Source of the DNA: Eledone cirrhosa
Taxonomy: Eukaryota
DNA: 64,000 nucleotides
Assembly: GCA_964016885.1 (NCBI GenBank)
Contig: OZ024742.1
Span: 193,068,001-193,132,000 of the forward strand
Reading direction: 5' to 3'
Shown: in pieces, positions 28,431-45,473 of the stretch
Numbering within the stretch: the first letter of the stretch is position 1
Layout: the number at the start of each line of letters is the position of its first letter
The notes under the pieces: generated by a model
What the model was told of the DNA's origin: nothing
Database searches by the model: none
The model's input: only the letters and a program-made list of their open reading frames with translations
Program-made: the position numbers and the translations under genes

Positions 28431-28723
28431 TGTATATATATATAAACAAATGTACTATACATACATTCATGTATACATCGCTATTTCAGAGCACGAATCC
28501 TAATACCTAATGTTTGCTGGATCGGCAATCGCTCTATATAATCAGCTCCTGATCATTACTGGAATTCTTTAAGAATCCAGCTTCTATCATTTTCGGTGAA
28601 AGCGGGGAGTGCGTAGTTCTGATGATCGCAAACAGCGTGAAACAGACTCTTCTCTCCCTTCTTTCGCCGAAAATAAGTTAGTGACATAGTCCTAACTGTA
28701 CCCAGGATCTCACACATTTTCCA

Positions 28724-28774
<51 letters not shown>

Positions 28775-28857
28775 GGAGGTGAGTTTTATTGTAGTACAAT
28801 AAAGCAATGCAGATATCGGATAAGAAGCACTCTACAGTTTGTGGGACTGGAGTATGC

Positions 28858-29178
28858 ATAATATAAGATCAAAAGATGGTTAAAGGAGTTCCATATATTT
28901 TATTATGCGCATTTCAGAAACAAACATCATCAAACAATAATATTTGTGTTTTCATCAGATAAAACAGGAGAACATGATATGAAGGCTAAAAAACACTTGT
29001 TGATAGTGCAGTTATGATATGTTGATTTAAAACTGCACTATCAACAAGTGTTTTTTAGCCTTCATATCGTGTTCTCCTGTTTTATCTGATGAAAACACAA
29101 ATATTATTGTTTGATGATGTTTGTTTTTGAAATGCGCATAATAAAATATATGGAACTCCTTTAACCATCTTTTGATCT

Positions 29179-29188
<10 letters not shown>
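28858..29188. repeat. Near-perfect fold-back (~155-bp arms) carrying mirrored hammerheads
   Basis: 28858-29013 is the inverse of ~29032-29188 with only a few mismatches. Confidence 0.9.
29080..29146 (+). ncRNA. Minimal type I hammerhead motif (mirror copy at 28898-28964 on -)
   Basis: ttttat-CTGATGA-aaacacaaatattatt gttt gatgatgtttgttttt-GAAA-tgcgca-UA-ataaaa. Confidence 0.8.
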
Positions 29189-29224
<36 letters not shown>

Positions 29225-29226
<2 letters not shown>

Positions 29227-29441
29227 TGGCTGCCAACTCGTTTTCGAGTACGGCCACTATTTTATATCCATGTAGGAGAACCCCTACCGATACGCTAAAC
29301 GAGTGTGACGTTTTAGTCCAGTAAGCGACTTGAAAACTCTTCTACAAACACTACACTTGTGACAATTACTGAAACATAGTGCTGGGCCCATGGTACCATG
29401 TGACGAGAAGTGCAGAGAGATATTCAGATATAAAGCAATGC

Positions 29442-29445
<4 letters not shown>
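29225..29445 (-). mobile_element. 3' end of an RTE-like LINE (C-terminal C2H2 motif)
   Basis: CSVCRRVFKSLTGLKRH followed by a stop and short tail, isolated between (TA)n tracts. Confidence 0.45.
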
Positions 29446-29504
<59 letters not shown>

Positions 29505-29923
29505 CATATATACAGTATATGTGTGTATGTGTGTGTGTTTGTATGTGTATGTGCATGTGCGTGTTTGCGGGGGGGGGGGGGCGAGCGCGTGCGTAGGTCG
29601 ATTTATTTCCGGAGAACTTATAGGAGTTAGTATTTCTTTCTGGTCTCTGTGTTCTCGATTCAAGTCTCAACGAGGTGCACTTAATTCTTCTTCTGTGACA
29701 TTTACTCACTCACTACTAAGACAAGAATTGTATAAACTGGGATGATTCAGAGCATGAAACAACTACTGGAGATATGATGCATCCAGGAACCTTTGTCTGG
29801 TACACTCACGCGCTACTTGTGACATAATCATAGCTTGAATCTCTCGCAAGTTTATTATACATAAACATATCGTAGTTGCTACTGCTAATTATATATACAT
29901 ATATATGTATACACACACAAACA

Positions 29924-29998
<75 letters not shown>

Positions 29999-30004
29999 TT
30001 AAAA

Positions 30005-30060
<56 letters not shown>

Positions 30061-30118
30061 GAGAGAGAGAGCATGATAAAATGTGTGTTTGCGCGTGTTT
30101 ATGTTATGTTAAGTATGT

Positions 30119-33413
<3,295 letters not shown>

Positions 33414-33419
<6 letters not shown>

Positions 33420-34137
33420 ATACATTAACGGAGAGCCATAGATCTCGCCGTTCCCTGTAAATAATGTGCTCAAAGGAGAGGAAATCCTGGGTACTTTAAA
33501 ATACAATATGTTGAACAGGTAACATACTAGTGAGAGATACAGTGCGCCATCAATAATACAGGGAAAAACCATCAGTGTATGGAATCTATAACCTATGAAA
33601 GGCAGAATATAGACACAATGATTAAAAATATAAATTAAAACGTAAATAAATACCTCTATAACTATATAACACACGTACAAATCCAAAGTGATCTGTTTCG
33701 CCAGTAAGTTTTTGACGAAAATGAAATATCCCAGGTTCATCAGCGTGTGTTAGACTATACATTTCAGACAACACTAAGATAAAGTTTGAAGCGGCCGTCC
33801 AACTACACATGGGAGAGAGAAGTCACAACGTGTTTAAGGAGAGTGAACCAGTGGCCTCTGAGGGACGAGCTGCTAGAAAGGGCAGCCCAAAACAACTCAG
33901 AGAAGTGTGCTTCAACAAAACAGAGAGAGAGAGGAGAAAGACTGTTATAAGGAGCGAAATATCACGTTACATTAACGGAGCCATAGAGTCTCGCCGTCCC
34001 CTGTAAATAATGTGCTCAAAGGAGAGGAAATCCTGGGCACTTTACAATATAATATGTTGAAAAGTTAACACACTAGGGAGAGATACAGTGCGCCATCAAT
34101 AAAACAGGGAAAAACCCACCAGTGTATGGAATCTATA
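33414..34137 (-). mobile_element. Retrozyme-like non-coding unit: 547-nt monomer with ~177-nt terminal direct repeat
   Basis: 33414-33590 is repeated at 33961-34137; one HHR inside; no credible ORF; (TA)n on both sides. Confidence 0.7.
33667..33752 (-). ncRNA. Full type I hammerhead ribozyme motif
   Basis: taacacacg-CTGATGA-acctggg...ttactggc-GAAA-cagatc actttg gatttg-UA-cgtgtgtta; 9-bp stem I, 6-bp stem III plus core pair, GUA site; stem II imperfect. Confidence 0.85.
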
Positions 34138-34202
34138 TATATATATATATATGAGAGTATTGAAGTTTGCTTGAAGCATTGTGGAATAATAAGGTAAATT
34201 TC

Positions 34203-34837
34203 TTTAAGTCGTTTGGAAGCTTCGACATTGCAAATGGGTAAATCTCCGGGTAACAAGATCTGGTGGTGGAGAGAGAGATGTAAGTGGGTGTACGTTTAGA
34301 TGCGTGGTGTGTATAAGACTGCAACGTGTAGAGGAATGAACGAAAGAGCGTAAAGGATGAAAATAAAAATAACAACACGAGAAAGTGTTACCTTGGGAGA
34401 GATTTAATTGTCTCTATATATTTCGGATTCACATACATCAACTGGGGGTTTTTTCTGGGGGGGGGGGGGTTGTCTGTAGGAAAGGTGCGAAACGTGTCCT
34501 CCGCTGTTCGTTGTTATGAATATTTGAAAACAAGATATTCAAAACAACGAACAGCGGAGGACACGTTTCGCACCTTTCCGACAGACAACACCCCCCCCCC
34601 CACCGGAAAAAATCCCAGTTGATGGATTGAATCCGAAATATATAGGGACAATTAAATCTCTCCGAAGGTAACTCTTTCTTGTGTTGTTATTTTTATTTTT
34701 ATCCTTTACGCTCTTTCCTTCATTCCTCTACACGTTACAGTCTTATACACGCCACGCATCTCAACGTACACCCACTTACATCTCTCTCTCCACCACCGGA
34801 GATTTACCCATCTGCATTGTCGAGGCTTCCAAACGAC

Positions 34838-34841
<4 letters not shown>
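34203..34841. repeat. Fold-back with ~310-bp arms, probably a PLE pLTR remnant
   Basis: 34203-34515 is the inverse of ~34543-34841; flanked by (TA)n. Confidence 0.8.
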
Positions 34842-34907
<66 letters not shown>

Positions 34908-34908
<1 letters not shown>

Positions 34909-37900
34909 AGTTCGAAAAAGATTGTTTTGGTAAAAACAGGAGTAAGCAGGAGAAAGCTCTCAACAATCGTTGTTTTTAGTTACGATGGAGAATTTTATAT
35001 AAATAACAAAATAAGATGCTGAGGTTACATATATCGTTTAATCATAATAATTATTTCCACAGTTCTCCATGCAATCGAGATTTCCTTCAGGCATTTGCTG
35101 TTGATTATGAGAACGGTTTCCTCAGTTGAAATTCGATATATTTGATATGTCTCTGGCAGGAAAACACACGTCCTAATGCATCTGCGCCCAGCATACATAT
35201 GAGTTCCTTGAAAGGTTTGCCAGCCGTCGTGTTTGTTAGAAAAAGCTATCAACGAAAACAGACGAAAAGAACGAAGAACTGTGTGCAGCCAAAACCCTGT
35301 AGACAGTTGAAATAATAAATGGAGCTCTGAAGGAGGTGGGGTATATATTTAGTTGACAGCCACCTATAGACAACAACAACAACAACAACAACAACAGCAG
35401 CAACAGCAACAACAACAACAACAACAACTACAATAACAACAATGACAATAACATCAAACCCCCGAACAAAGTTGTCCACACTGGTCGCAATAGTCGTGTT
35501 GATACCACCACCCTATTGACAACAAGAACTAAAGCATCAGTAAAACACTTAGAACGACAACAACAGCAAACAGACTGACCAGCGTCTTGTATACAGGTCG
35601 CAGTCGTCGTAGTGATGGGTACCACGCTGTCGACCATAAATAGCGATAACGCCAAAGCAATAAAAAGGAGTTCAGAGGTAGGTGGGTACACAGAGTTGGT
35701 GGTATCAATTACCATGACCATATATAGTAACAACAACAATGGCAACGGCAACAAGCACCAACACCGCCCATCACCCACCCCGTTTGTCGCCGTAGTAGTG
35801 GTATCATCTATGCCAGTATTAAGCCATTGGTAACACCACCAGCACCAACAACAACAACACCAGTGATTACCCCCACCACGGCGACGGCGGCAACAAGAAA
35901 AAGCGACGCTTCCATGAAAAATAAACTATCTACAATAGTAGTCCGTTGAAACAAGGAAGTGAAAATGGGATAGAAAACATAGATGTGTATTTATATATAT
36001 AAACAAATACATTCCCAGTTAATACAATATTCTCTATCATTGTAAGGCACAAGGCCAGCAATGATCATAGCATTCAGTATCAACTACAGTGGAAACAATA
36101 CTATCAAAAGGGCTGTTAGGCCATAGAAGTGAGTTACGGGAAGCGAAAGTAGCGACAGGAACAAATAGAAGAAACGAAAACACAGAAAACACAATAAAAA
36201 AAGAACGGGACAAAAATAAATAAAAAAAACACAATTGGTATAAAAAACAGAGGAATAGGGAACAAAGGACAAGACACATGTACACATAGAGACTCCAGGT
36301 GTGCAAACAAGTTATCCAAGGTTCTCCTGAGGCTGAGATTGCTGCGTGGCCATGCCCGACTTCCACGAACAAGCTTGCACAGTTCCTCAACTAGCACAAC
36401 TACGTTGTTAGTTTGTACAGTTTGAGGAAGGTTCCAGAAGGTCTGTGGAGGCAGTTTCTGAAGCGGTTATTCCTTTTATTTATAACTTGAGCTCCCTTAT
36501 TTCATAATCTCGGTGACACACAAATCGCACGACTCATGTCTATGCGCTCTGTAGGGTTGGGCCGAGGCTACTTTGGGCCCCGACAAGGTGATTTTTACGT
36601 CATTATGTTTGAGACGCCACACTAGTTCCGAGAGGGCGGTGTTGTGTTTCTTATCAATTCTCTTAAAGGTGTGAAAGTGATTGTACCAGTGTTCCTTAAA
36701 ACTATTAGCTATGGCTCCGATATAGGTGAAGATATGGTTGTTGGTATTCACCCTACATTCGTTTACTAAGCCACAGCGGAGGCACCTACACTACAGGGGG
36801 AAGTTACTGGGGTTTCTACAATTACAGCTCGGAGGGGTGTTGCCACCCAGATCTCCGGATCACGTTGTATGGCTCACCATACAAGATGTTACCAACAGAT
36901 GTTACCAAAAGAGGAAGAGGTATTTGCGTGGTGCGTCTCCTCACAGTTGCTGTTTCCCCTGGAGTTGCGGACTTTTTTTTTAAATCTACTGCGGTTCAAG
37001 GCTTCTATATTATGTGCTAGGTTTCCAGTTGTGGAGTAGGACAATTTAATCGTGAGCCTGTTGAAGATGGCGTGGTACCGGTATTGCTTATGGAAGTGCT
37101 TATCCAAATCCCTGAAGAAAGAGGTCGCTATGTTGTTGCGGAAACCAGTGCAGAGGGGGGGGGGGTTAAACCAAATGACATTACGGGAATGGGTTCACTT
37201 CTTGTGTAGTCACCAGTCCTTGCACCTGTACCGTCAGAGTATGTGTTACGTACTCGCCGTGGACGTCTGGAAGAGGTATGCCCTCCAATTCGTCGCTGCC
37301 CGTGGGGTTGGTTAAGCCGATCGGACCACCCCGAGCTGAGTGGTCTACATTCATAGAGAGCGAGGTGGTTTGTACGTTACACGCTCACTCCCGGGCCCAC
37401 ACATGTCCCCTGCGGCTCCACGGCGTCGGCTTCCCTGTTTTCCAAAGTAGGCGAGGTCCAGTCTCTTCCTAATAAGCCATGGTTAGCAGTTCCTCCGGGA
37501 TTATTCTGTCGTGTAGTATCAGGGATGAGTAATGAAGTCCTAGTCATGTTCGTCCCGTCGTTGTTTCCTACTGATGCGTTACTGTCAGCGGTAACGTAAT
37601 TCATTAGACTGGGTATAAACTTAATTTCTACCCTGTAACCTGCATTACTAAGGGCATTATTATAGTAGCTAGCTACGATATTGAATGTTTCCTGGCTAGC
37701 TGACAGAGAAGAAATCCTACGGGATACAATATTAACTAGGGCCCTCCTGACTGACCCGGGATGGTTGGTGTTGGCATTTACGTACTTGAGGCCCTCATTC
37801 GGCTTGTGGTACGGGTAGTAGAGGCCGGATTCTAGATTGGGGGTAACTTCTAGGAAGTTGACGACCTTTCTATTATTTTCTACGTCTATGCTGAGACCTA

Positions 37901-40100
37901 GATTTTTGAAAAATTTAATTAAGCTCATTCTAGTCCTTTTTATCACGCTGTTGCTGTGGTCGAGAAGCGTAAATAACGCATCGTCGCGGTATATTCCACC
38001 GCCTAACGATGGGATCTCGCTTGTCAGGTTCCTGAGGATGTAGAGGCCCACCAGGTCAGTAATCTCCGCCGAGTCGCCCGATCCCATCGTGATGTCAAAA
38101 TTGTCAGGCCACTCTCTCCTAGTCCAGAGCTCACCGTCGAAATCTATCAGTGTCTTCCTGGTAGTATGAATAATGTTAATTTCATCACTGGTTAAATCAG
38201 TATGCCTGTGTGCAAACATCAGTGCCTTGTTAAGTACCATCGGCGATATGGATGCATAATAATTTACATATATCTAGCTGTATAAAATTGGTCCTACCTT
38301 TGCACTGCAGGCCGTTAAACTACTCAACCACTTCCCCCGTTCTGGACCATTGCTGTAATTGGATCTTTTTTCTAAGGGTTGGTTTGAGTCTGTCTAGTAT
38401 TTTCTTGCTAATACACCCGATGTCAGACTTAGATGGTACTATAAGTCTGACTGGGAGTTCCGTTCCGAAGTTCGGTTTGTGAGCCTTCAGCAATATACGG
38501 GGTTCTCTGAGTTGGTAAGGCCCGGTCCTATCCGCAATACTGAGTTTATTCACTATTCTATTAGTCCGCTCGTTAATGTCCTCATGGTTATCCTGTGTGG
38601 TTTTTCTGTAATTCTTTCTAAGTTTCTTAAGTATTAGTTTTCTATAAGTTCCTGCATCCAAGTTGTAGAAGTTACCCGTGTTATCCGCATGAACGAGAAT
38701 TCTTTCTGCGAGTTTTAGTTCAGAGATCCTATTCGCTAGTTTCCTGAGGTGAGGTTGCTCCTCAGATGTGAACCTATTGAATTTGACGCGTGAAATAATG
38801 TTGGCCATCTCTTTGTTTTGCGGTGGGTTTTTTTCTAGATTTAAAACCGAACGAAGAATCCGGGATGCCAGTGTTCACATCATTCGTAGGGGTTTTCTTA
38901 TCACAGTGGAAGGCCTTCCATCGCATTCTGCGTACAAACAAGTCTGTGTTAAGGATTAGCTTTCTGATGTACTACTTTTTGCTGTGTTAGGGAATGTCCT
39001 ACAGGGACTCGGACATGTTAGAAGATTGCACCCTATTTTCCGCTGCTTATTCTCAAAGTGCTCAACAGTGTTTGGGCTGTATGTTTTCGGAAAAGATTGT
39101 ATTGGTAAAAAGAGGTGTAAGCAGGAGAAAGCTCTAAACAATCGTTGTTTTTAGTTACGATGGAGAATTTTATAAAAATAACAAAATAAGGCGCTGTGGT
39201 TACATATATCGTTTAATCATAACAATTATTTCCACGGTTCTCCATGCAATCGAGATGTCCTTCAGGCATTTGCTGTTGATTATGAGTACGGTTTCCTCAG
39301 ATGAAAACCGATATATATGCTATGTCGCTGGCAGGAAAACACACATCCTAATGCCTATGCGTCCAGCATACATATGAGTTCCTTGTAGGGTTTGCCAGCC
39401 GTCGTGTTTGTTAGAAAAAGCTATAAACGATCAAAGATGAAAATAAATCCTTTTTATTGCTTTGGTGTTATCGCTCTTTACGGTTACAGGGTGGTACCGT
39501 CACTGCGACGACTGAGACCTGTATACACGACGCTGGTCTGTGTTTTTGCTGTTGTTGTCGTTATAAGTGTTTTACTGTAGCTCATGCTTTAGTTGTTCTT
39601 ATTAATAGGGTGGTGGTATCAACAGAACTATTGCGACCAGTGTGGACAACTTTGGTCGGGGGTTTAATGTTATTGTCATTGTTGCTGTTGTAGTTGTAGT
39701 TGTTGTTTTTATTGTTGTTGTTGTTGTTGTAGTTGTTGTCTATAGGTGATTGTCAACTAAATATATACCCCACCTCCTTCAGAGCTCCATTTATCGCTTC
39801 AACTGTCTACAGGGTTTTGGCTGCACACAGTTCTTCGTTCTTTTCGTCTATTTTCGTTGGTAGCTTTTTCTAACAAACACGACGACTGGCAAACCTTTCA
39901 AGGAACTCATATGTATGCTGGGCGCACACGCATTAGGGCGTGTCTTTTCCTGCCAGAGACATATCAAATATATCGAATTTCAACTGAAGAAACCGTTCTC
40001 ATAATCAACAGCAAATGTCTCGATGGCATGGAGAACTGTGGAAATAATTATTATGATTAAATGATATATGTAAACTCAGCATCTTATTTTGTTATTTTTA
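34908..40100 (-). mobile_element. Penelope-like element family C2 (Naiad-like), near full-length but decayed; direct pLTRs (34908-35250, 39085-39430) and an inverted pLTR (~39440-40100)
   Basis: ADNTGNFY, LKAHKPNF...PVRLIVPSKSDIG, FDITMGS, YRDD, NHP, SCNCR, YIG, CDLC across broken ORFs 36497-39141. HHR motifs (tcat-CTGAGGA...GAAA-taattg-UU-atga type) at 35042-35129 (-), 39217-39304 (-) and 39980-40056 (+). Confidence 0.88.
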
Positions 40101-40134
40101 TATATATGTATATATAAATATATATATATATATG

Positions 40135-40228
<94 letters not shown>

Positions 40229-40445
40229 TTTATATATATACATATATACATATATATATATACATGATTTTTAATTTTTAAAATGTTCTTACTTTACGTC
40301 TTTCATATAATTGTTCTGCATCCCCCAGCATAGAACCACAAAGGTACTAAGACATAACACATATATATTTGCTAGCATAAGTGAACATCTGTACACATAT
40401 GTTGGTAAATATAATAATTCTCTCTATATATATACACATATATAT

Positions 40446-40528
<83 letters not shown>

Positions 40529-40942
40529 CATCTTATATATCTCATCATTAATTATCATTTAAACAATTAACACATTACTTACTATGCAATTAATGTTAAT
40601 AACCTTATTGCTGTTAACGACATCGGCGCTAATGTACGGCAAGGAATTTGAATGGGAAAATCTTGTTGAGTTGTAATACAACTACTTTATTGAAGCTGTT
40701 TCATTATATGAAGAAATTACTCATAACATATTCACACTATAATTTATATTTTAGATAATGAATTGGCACAACTGATGACATTAATAGCTTTACTTAAGTG
40801 TCATAAGTCATAGATATATATATGGATATATATATATATAAATAAATAGCATAGAGGAAAAATATGTTTTCAGTAGAAAATGCTGAAGAGATTCTTTCAG
40901 TATAATATCAAAACCTTTATTTATAATGTGGATATTTACGCA

Positions 40943-40994
<52 letters not shown>

Positions 40995-40996
<2 letters not shown>

Positions 40997-41583
40997 AGGG
41001 CGGGTAAAATTCCCGAGATCCAGGGACGAGTTCTCTCCAGCGGTCTCTGTCCCTCATCATCGCTGCCATGTCATGCGACTCCACTTTTGGAAGGCTCTGA
41101 GATTTTCATTCTCAGTGTATACTGATTAATGTTCAGAGCCATCCTCAGCATTCTCGTTGTAGCACCCATCCACCATCTGAGTGAGTTTCTTGGTCAGTGT
41201 CCAAGTTTCAGACCCGTACAGCAACACAGACTCCACTACAACAATGAAGAGGCGGATTTTCCGGTCTTTACGAAGGTCCGACTTCCACACCGATCTCAAG
41301 CTGTGGCACGCCGCTCAGGCTTTGCTCTTACTCTCAACCACATCATCTTCCGTATTCCCAATCTTTGCTCCCAAATACAGGAAGTCCTCAACTAATTCTA
41401 GCGGCTTCCCGCCTATATTAGTGATCCCCTCTGGCTTCTCATTCATTCTCAGCCCAAAGTAATCGTCACGGTCTCAACCTCCTGCATAAAATCCTCTGCC
41501 TCCTTCACTGTATTTGTCACCAAAACTATGTCGTCGGCAAATTCACCATCTGGTACCTTTTTCGCCTTAACTGTACTGCTCTG
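40995..41583 (-). mobile_element. RTE-clade LINE RT fragment
   Basis: [15 protein letters not shown] and VESVLLYGSETWTLTK read on the minus strand. Confidence 0.75.
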
Positions 41584-41682
<99 letters not shown>

Positions 41683-41699
41683 GAGATGAAATCGAAAAT

Positions 41700-44060
41700 G
41701 CAACTGGAGTCTTATTTTTTTTTTAAATATATATATTTATTTGGTCCCTTTACCGGTTTCGCAGTTGTTCTGCTTTTTAAAAGGTGAGTTGAGATGGAGG
41801 GTCTGTGGTTTTTCTTACATCTGGTTGGTCTCTGAATGTTACTTGTTTTATATGGGAAAAGTGGCTGGAAATGCCAGGTTTTTCGAGAAGTAATTTGATT
41901 GGTTTGTCAATAATTGTAATAAATTTCGCGCCAGTTCGCGTTACAATTGTTCTTCAAATAAGAGGGGGGGGGGGGGGTTGTCACGGGTTGTTTTTTCATA
42001 TATGAGTGTATGAATTTCTTTTTACTTGAAAAAAGGGGCCTACGAAGGCTTTTTTTTGGTTGGTTATAAATGAAATTATTGCTGTCACGTGAACAAGTTT
42101 TCATAAAATTTTCAAGGCCTTATTTGGAAATACATTCTGTAGCCTTTTTAAAGAATTTTATGATAAGTGAAAGATAATGGTCAAGAGAAAGGGATGGGAG
42201 AATTGTTCTGGTTCAGTGAATATGGTTAGTTCGCTGGGGTGTCAGAATTTATGTTTTCTATTGAATAAAGAAAGTAAAGATATGTATGTTTATTTGTGTG
42301 CTTGTGTTGTGTGTGTTTGAATTTCTTTACTTAAAAAAAGGGTGGCTCTCGAAGGCTTTTTTTAATAAACGTGATTTGATTGGTTATAAATGAAATTTGG
42401 CTGTCACGTGAACAAGTTTTCATTACATTTTGCGCCCTTATTTGGAAATCTATTCTGTAGCCTTTATAGAGAATGTTATGACAATGGAAAAATAGTGGTC
42501 AAGAGAAATAGGATTGGGAGAATTGTTCTGGTTCAGTGAATATGGTTAGTTCGCTGGGGTGTCAGAGTTCAGATTTTCTATTGAAGTGAAGATATGTATG
42601 TTTATTTGTGTGCTTGTGTGAATGTGTGTGTGTGTGTGCGTGTGTGTGTATGTGTGTATTGGAAGATGATTCTATTAGTAGAAATGGGGGAGGGAGTTGT
42701 GTGTGTGTGTATATGGGTGTTATGTGTGTGTGTGCGAGATGGAGAGAATACATATTTTGTGTGTGTGTAGATATGTGTGTAGGAAAGTGGTTCTATTGGT
42801 AGAAATGGGGGAGGGGAGTTGTGGGTGTGGGGGTTGTTATGTGTGTGTATGGGTGTTATGTGTGTGGGAGTATGGTTAGCATGTTCAGATGAAGAGAATA
42901 TATATATATATATATATATATGTTATGTGTGTGTGTGTGTGTGTGTGTGTAGGAAAATGATTCCTTTAGTAGGAATATTTTTGAGTGAAGATATTTTCCT
43001 TACTTATTCGTATTTGTTCTGTTGTATTGTCAGTGCAAACGTATGTTAAGGTTTATTTAGTTCGGGTTTTTATTTTCTAAAGTAGAAGGTGTTATGTGTG
43101 TGTGTGTATGTCATATTATGGTGTTGACATAATGTATATTAAACCATATTTAATGTTGGTCTATATCTTTGAATAAACATATTTTCCGTATTTATTCGTA
43201 TTTGTTCTGTTGTAATGTTAGCGCAAACGTAAAATGGGAAGACTTGGAATTTGGGTGTCTTATTACTTGCGCAACTGTCTAGATGTGCACTTAGTGGTAT
43301 CTGTCTCGTGGTTGGATCTCGTAATTGTTGGCGATGAACTGTCATTCTGTTTCTGAGTGTGAGTTTAGTTTGTCCTATATAATCTTCATTGCATCCTTTA
43401 CATTTAATGGCATAAAGTAGATTTTTTGATGAGCAAGTGAAGTGATTTTTTACAGTAAAATTTTGTCCTGATTTAAATAAATACGTGTTACCTTCAATAA
43501 GGTGAGTGCAGGTTCCACAATTAGAGCGACCACATTTTTTGATACTTGGTTGTGGGTTTGTGGTAGGTAATTTGGCATTGGTGAGTAATGTTTTCAGTGA
43601 TTTTGGTTGTCTTTTGCTTTTGATTATTTTGTGTGTTTCAAGGGCTTTTTTCATTCTTGGGTTTTGTTTTAGTAGTGGGATGTTCTTGTGAATAGTGATG
43701 TAAGCTTCCGCATTTCTTGGGTTGTGTGTTGAGATATATGATAGAATATTGGACGTACCTTGAATTTGTTTCTGTTTCCGTAATTCATCAATGCCTATTG
43801 CTTTAGCCCTTTCTATTCCATTATTTATTAGTAATAGTGGGTACTCTCTCTCGAGTAGAATTTCCTTTAATTCTTGAAGTCTTTTATTTCGCGTTTCATA
43901 ATTGGAGACAATTGTGCAAATTCTTCTTGCTAGGTTAAAAGGAATGTTCGTCTTCGTGTGCTTTGGATGGTTGGAGGTGAATAGCAGATATTGTTTGGAA
44001 TCTGTTGGTTTGTAGTGTATGTCAGTTTCGATATTTGTGTCTTTTTTTACGTCCGAAACT
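41700..44060 (-). mobile_element. PLE family B-related (Neptune-like) 3' fragment with long 3' region
   Basis: TDIHYKPTDSKQYL...SNHP...NIPFNLARRI, CGRSNCGTC, TCSSKNLLYAIKCKGC..YIGQT, stop at 43139. Internal ~320-bp tandem duplication near 42000-42620; degenerate HHR near 41746-41785. Confidence 0.88.
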
Positions 44061-45473
44061 TCTATACAAGACCACACAACAACAGGTGAAATACCATTAG
44101 ATATAATAATACCATTGAAAAAACATTCCAGAAAAATCATTTTTAGACCAAGGCTACAGGGCTCACGACACCCGGTGGCACAAACCGATTTTGAAAAACC
44201 GAAAATAATTAACCTTTCAAATACAAACCTCTCAGAAATAGAAAAATCATTTACAAAACTACGCTGGAGCCTCAAAAACAAAAACAAAAACAAAAGCAAC
44301 AATATACGCACACACATATACAACACACATCCCAACAACAACAGACACACAGACACAAACAACAATAACAACAACACACACACCAACAACAACAACAATA
44401 ACAACATACCCAGAAACAACAACAACAGACACGCAGACACAAACAACAATAACAACACACACAACAACAATAACACAGACAGAGACAACAGCAACACACA
44501 TCAACAACAGCACACATCAACAACAACAACACACACGCATTCAATGCCTCTCACCACCACCACAATCTTAACAAACACACAGACACAGAAAACAAGTAAT
44601 GACAGTAGCACAGAAATCACAGAAATAAGGGAAAGTAATAGGATTAAAAAGAGAAGGGAGACTAAGGACAAAGAGAATAACCAAGACGAACACACAGACA
44701 CACAAAATAGGGTAGATAACAACAATGAGCCAGCGGAAAGAGACAGGAGTAATTATGAGAGACATAGAAACAACCATGAGGCTGTTGGTGGAAATAGAAA
44801 TAGAAACAACACAACTAACAATAATAATAGCACTCGTACACATAAAGCAGCAGCCTGGAACTCTACGTTTTATAATCCCGCCGATAAATCATTCGACCTG
44901 CGACGAGTCCACGCCATGACTTTACCATTTAACAAACGCACGCAATTGCCGTCGCAGGTCGATGAACAAACAGAAGCACAATTTAGTATAGCTAGATCCG
45001 AACTTAGAAATATTATAGAACAGTATAGCAAGAAGCATGATAGAATGGAGGCCCAGCAACTGGGAGAAAAATCTGCAAATGGCTTGCGTAAGCTAATGCA
45101 GCGCTCACGTAATGGAGAGATAGCATGCTTTCCAACAGACAAGTCTGGCAGAATGTCGGTTGACAGCCTGCAAAACTACATCCAGGCAATGCAACCCCAC
45201 ATCACTAACACAAGAGAGGTAACACCACAGGAGCATGAGGATAGAGAAAAAAGCCCTCAATGCCCATATGGTGATGTGGACGAATATAATGCAGCCCAAC
45301 AAAAGGACTGCCAACTACTTCCAGGCCTGGAACAATGACGTGCCGGCGTTGTATGGGCTTCGAAAAAACCATAAAACGGGCTGGGACCAACACGGCCAGT
45401 CTGTGGAGCTAACATTGCTAGTAACAACAGACTGTCCTACTTCCTCTCCCTGATCATACGCCCCATCATTGAA

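Noticed and set aside
34595-34650. Possible hammerhead in the 34203-34841 fold-back (gaatcc-GAAA-tata-UA-ggga)
   Set aside because: The 3' half fits, but neither arm has a recognisable CUGANGA core.
40765-40812. CTGATGA in the 290-bp dispersed repeat
   Set aside because: No correctly placed GAAA, stem III or stem I.
43139-44497. 452-aa ORF with a Leu-rich, signal- or TM-like N-terminus
   Set aside because: Chimera: the N-terminus is the antisense of the (AAC)-rich region of PLE family A; only the part below ~44060 is real PLE coding sequence.
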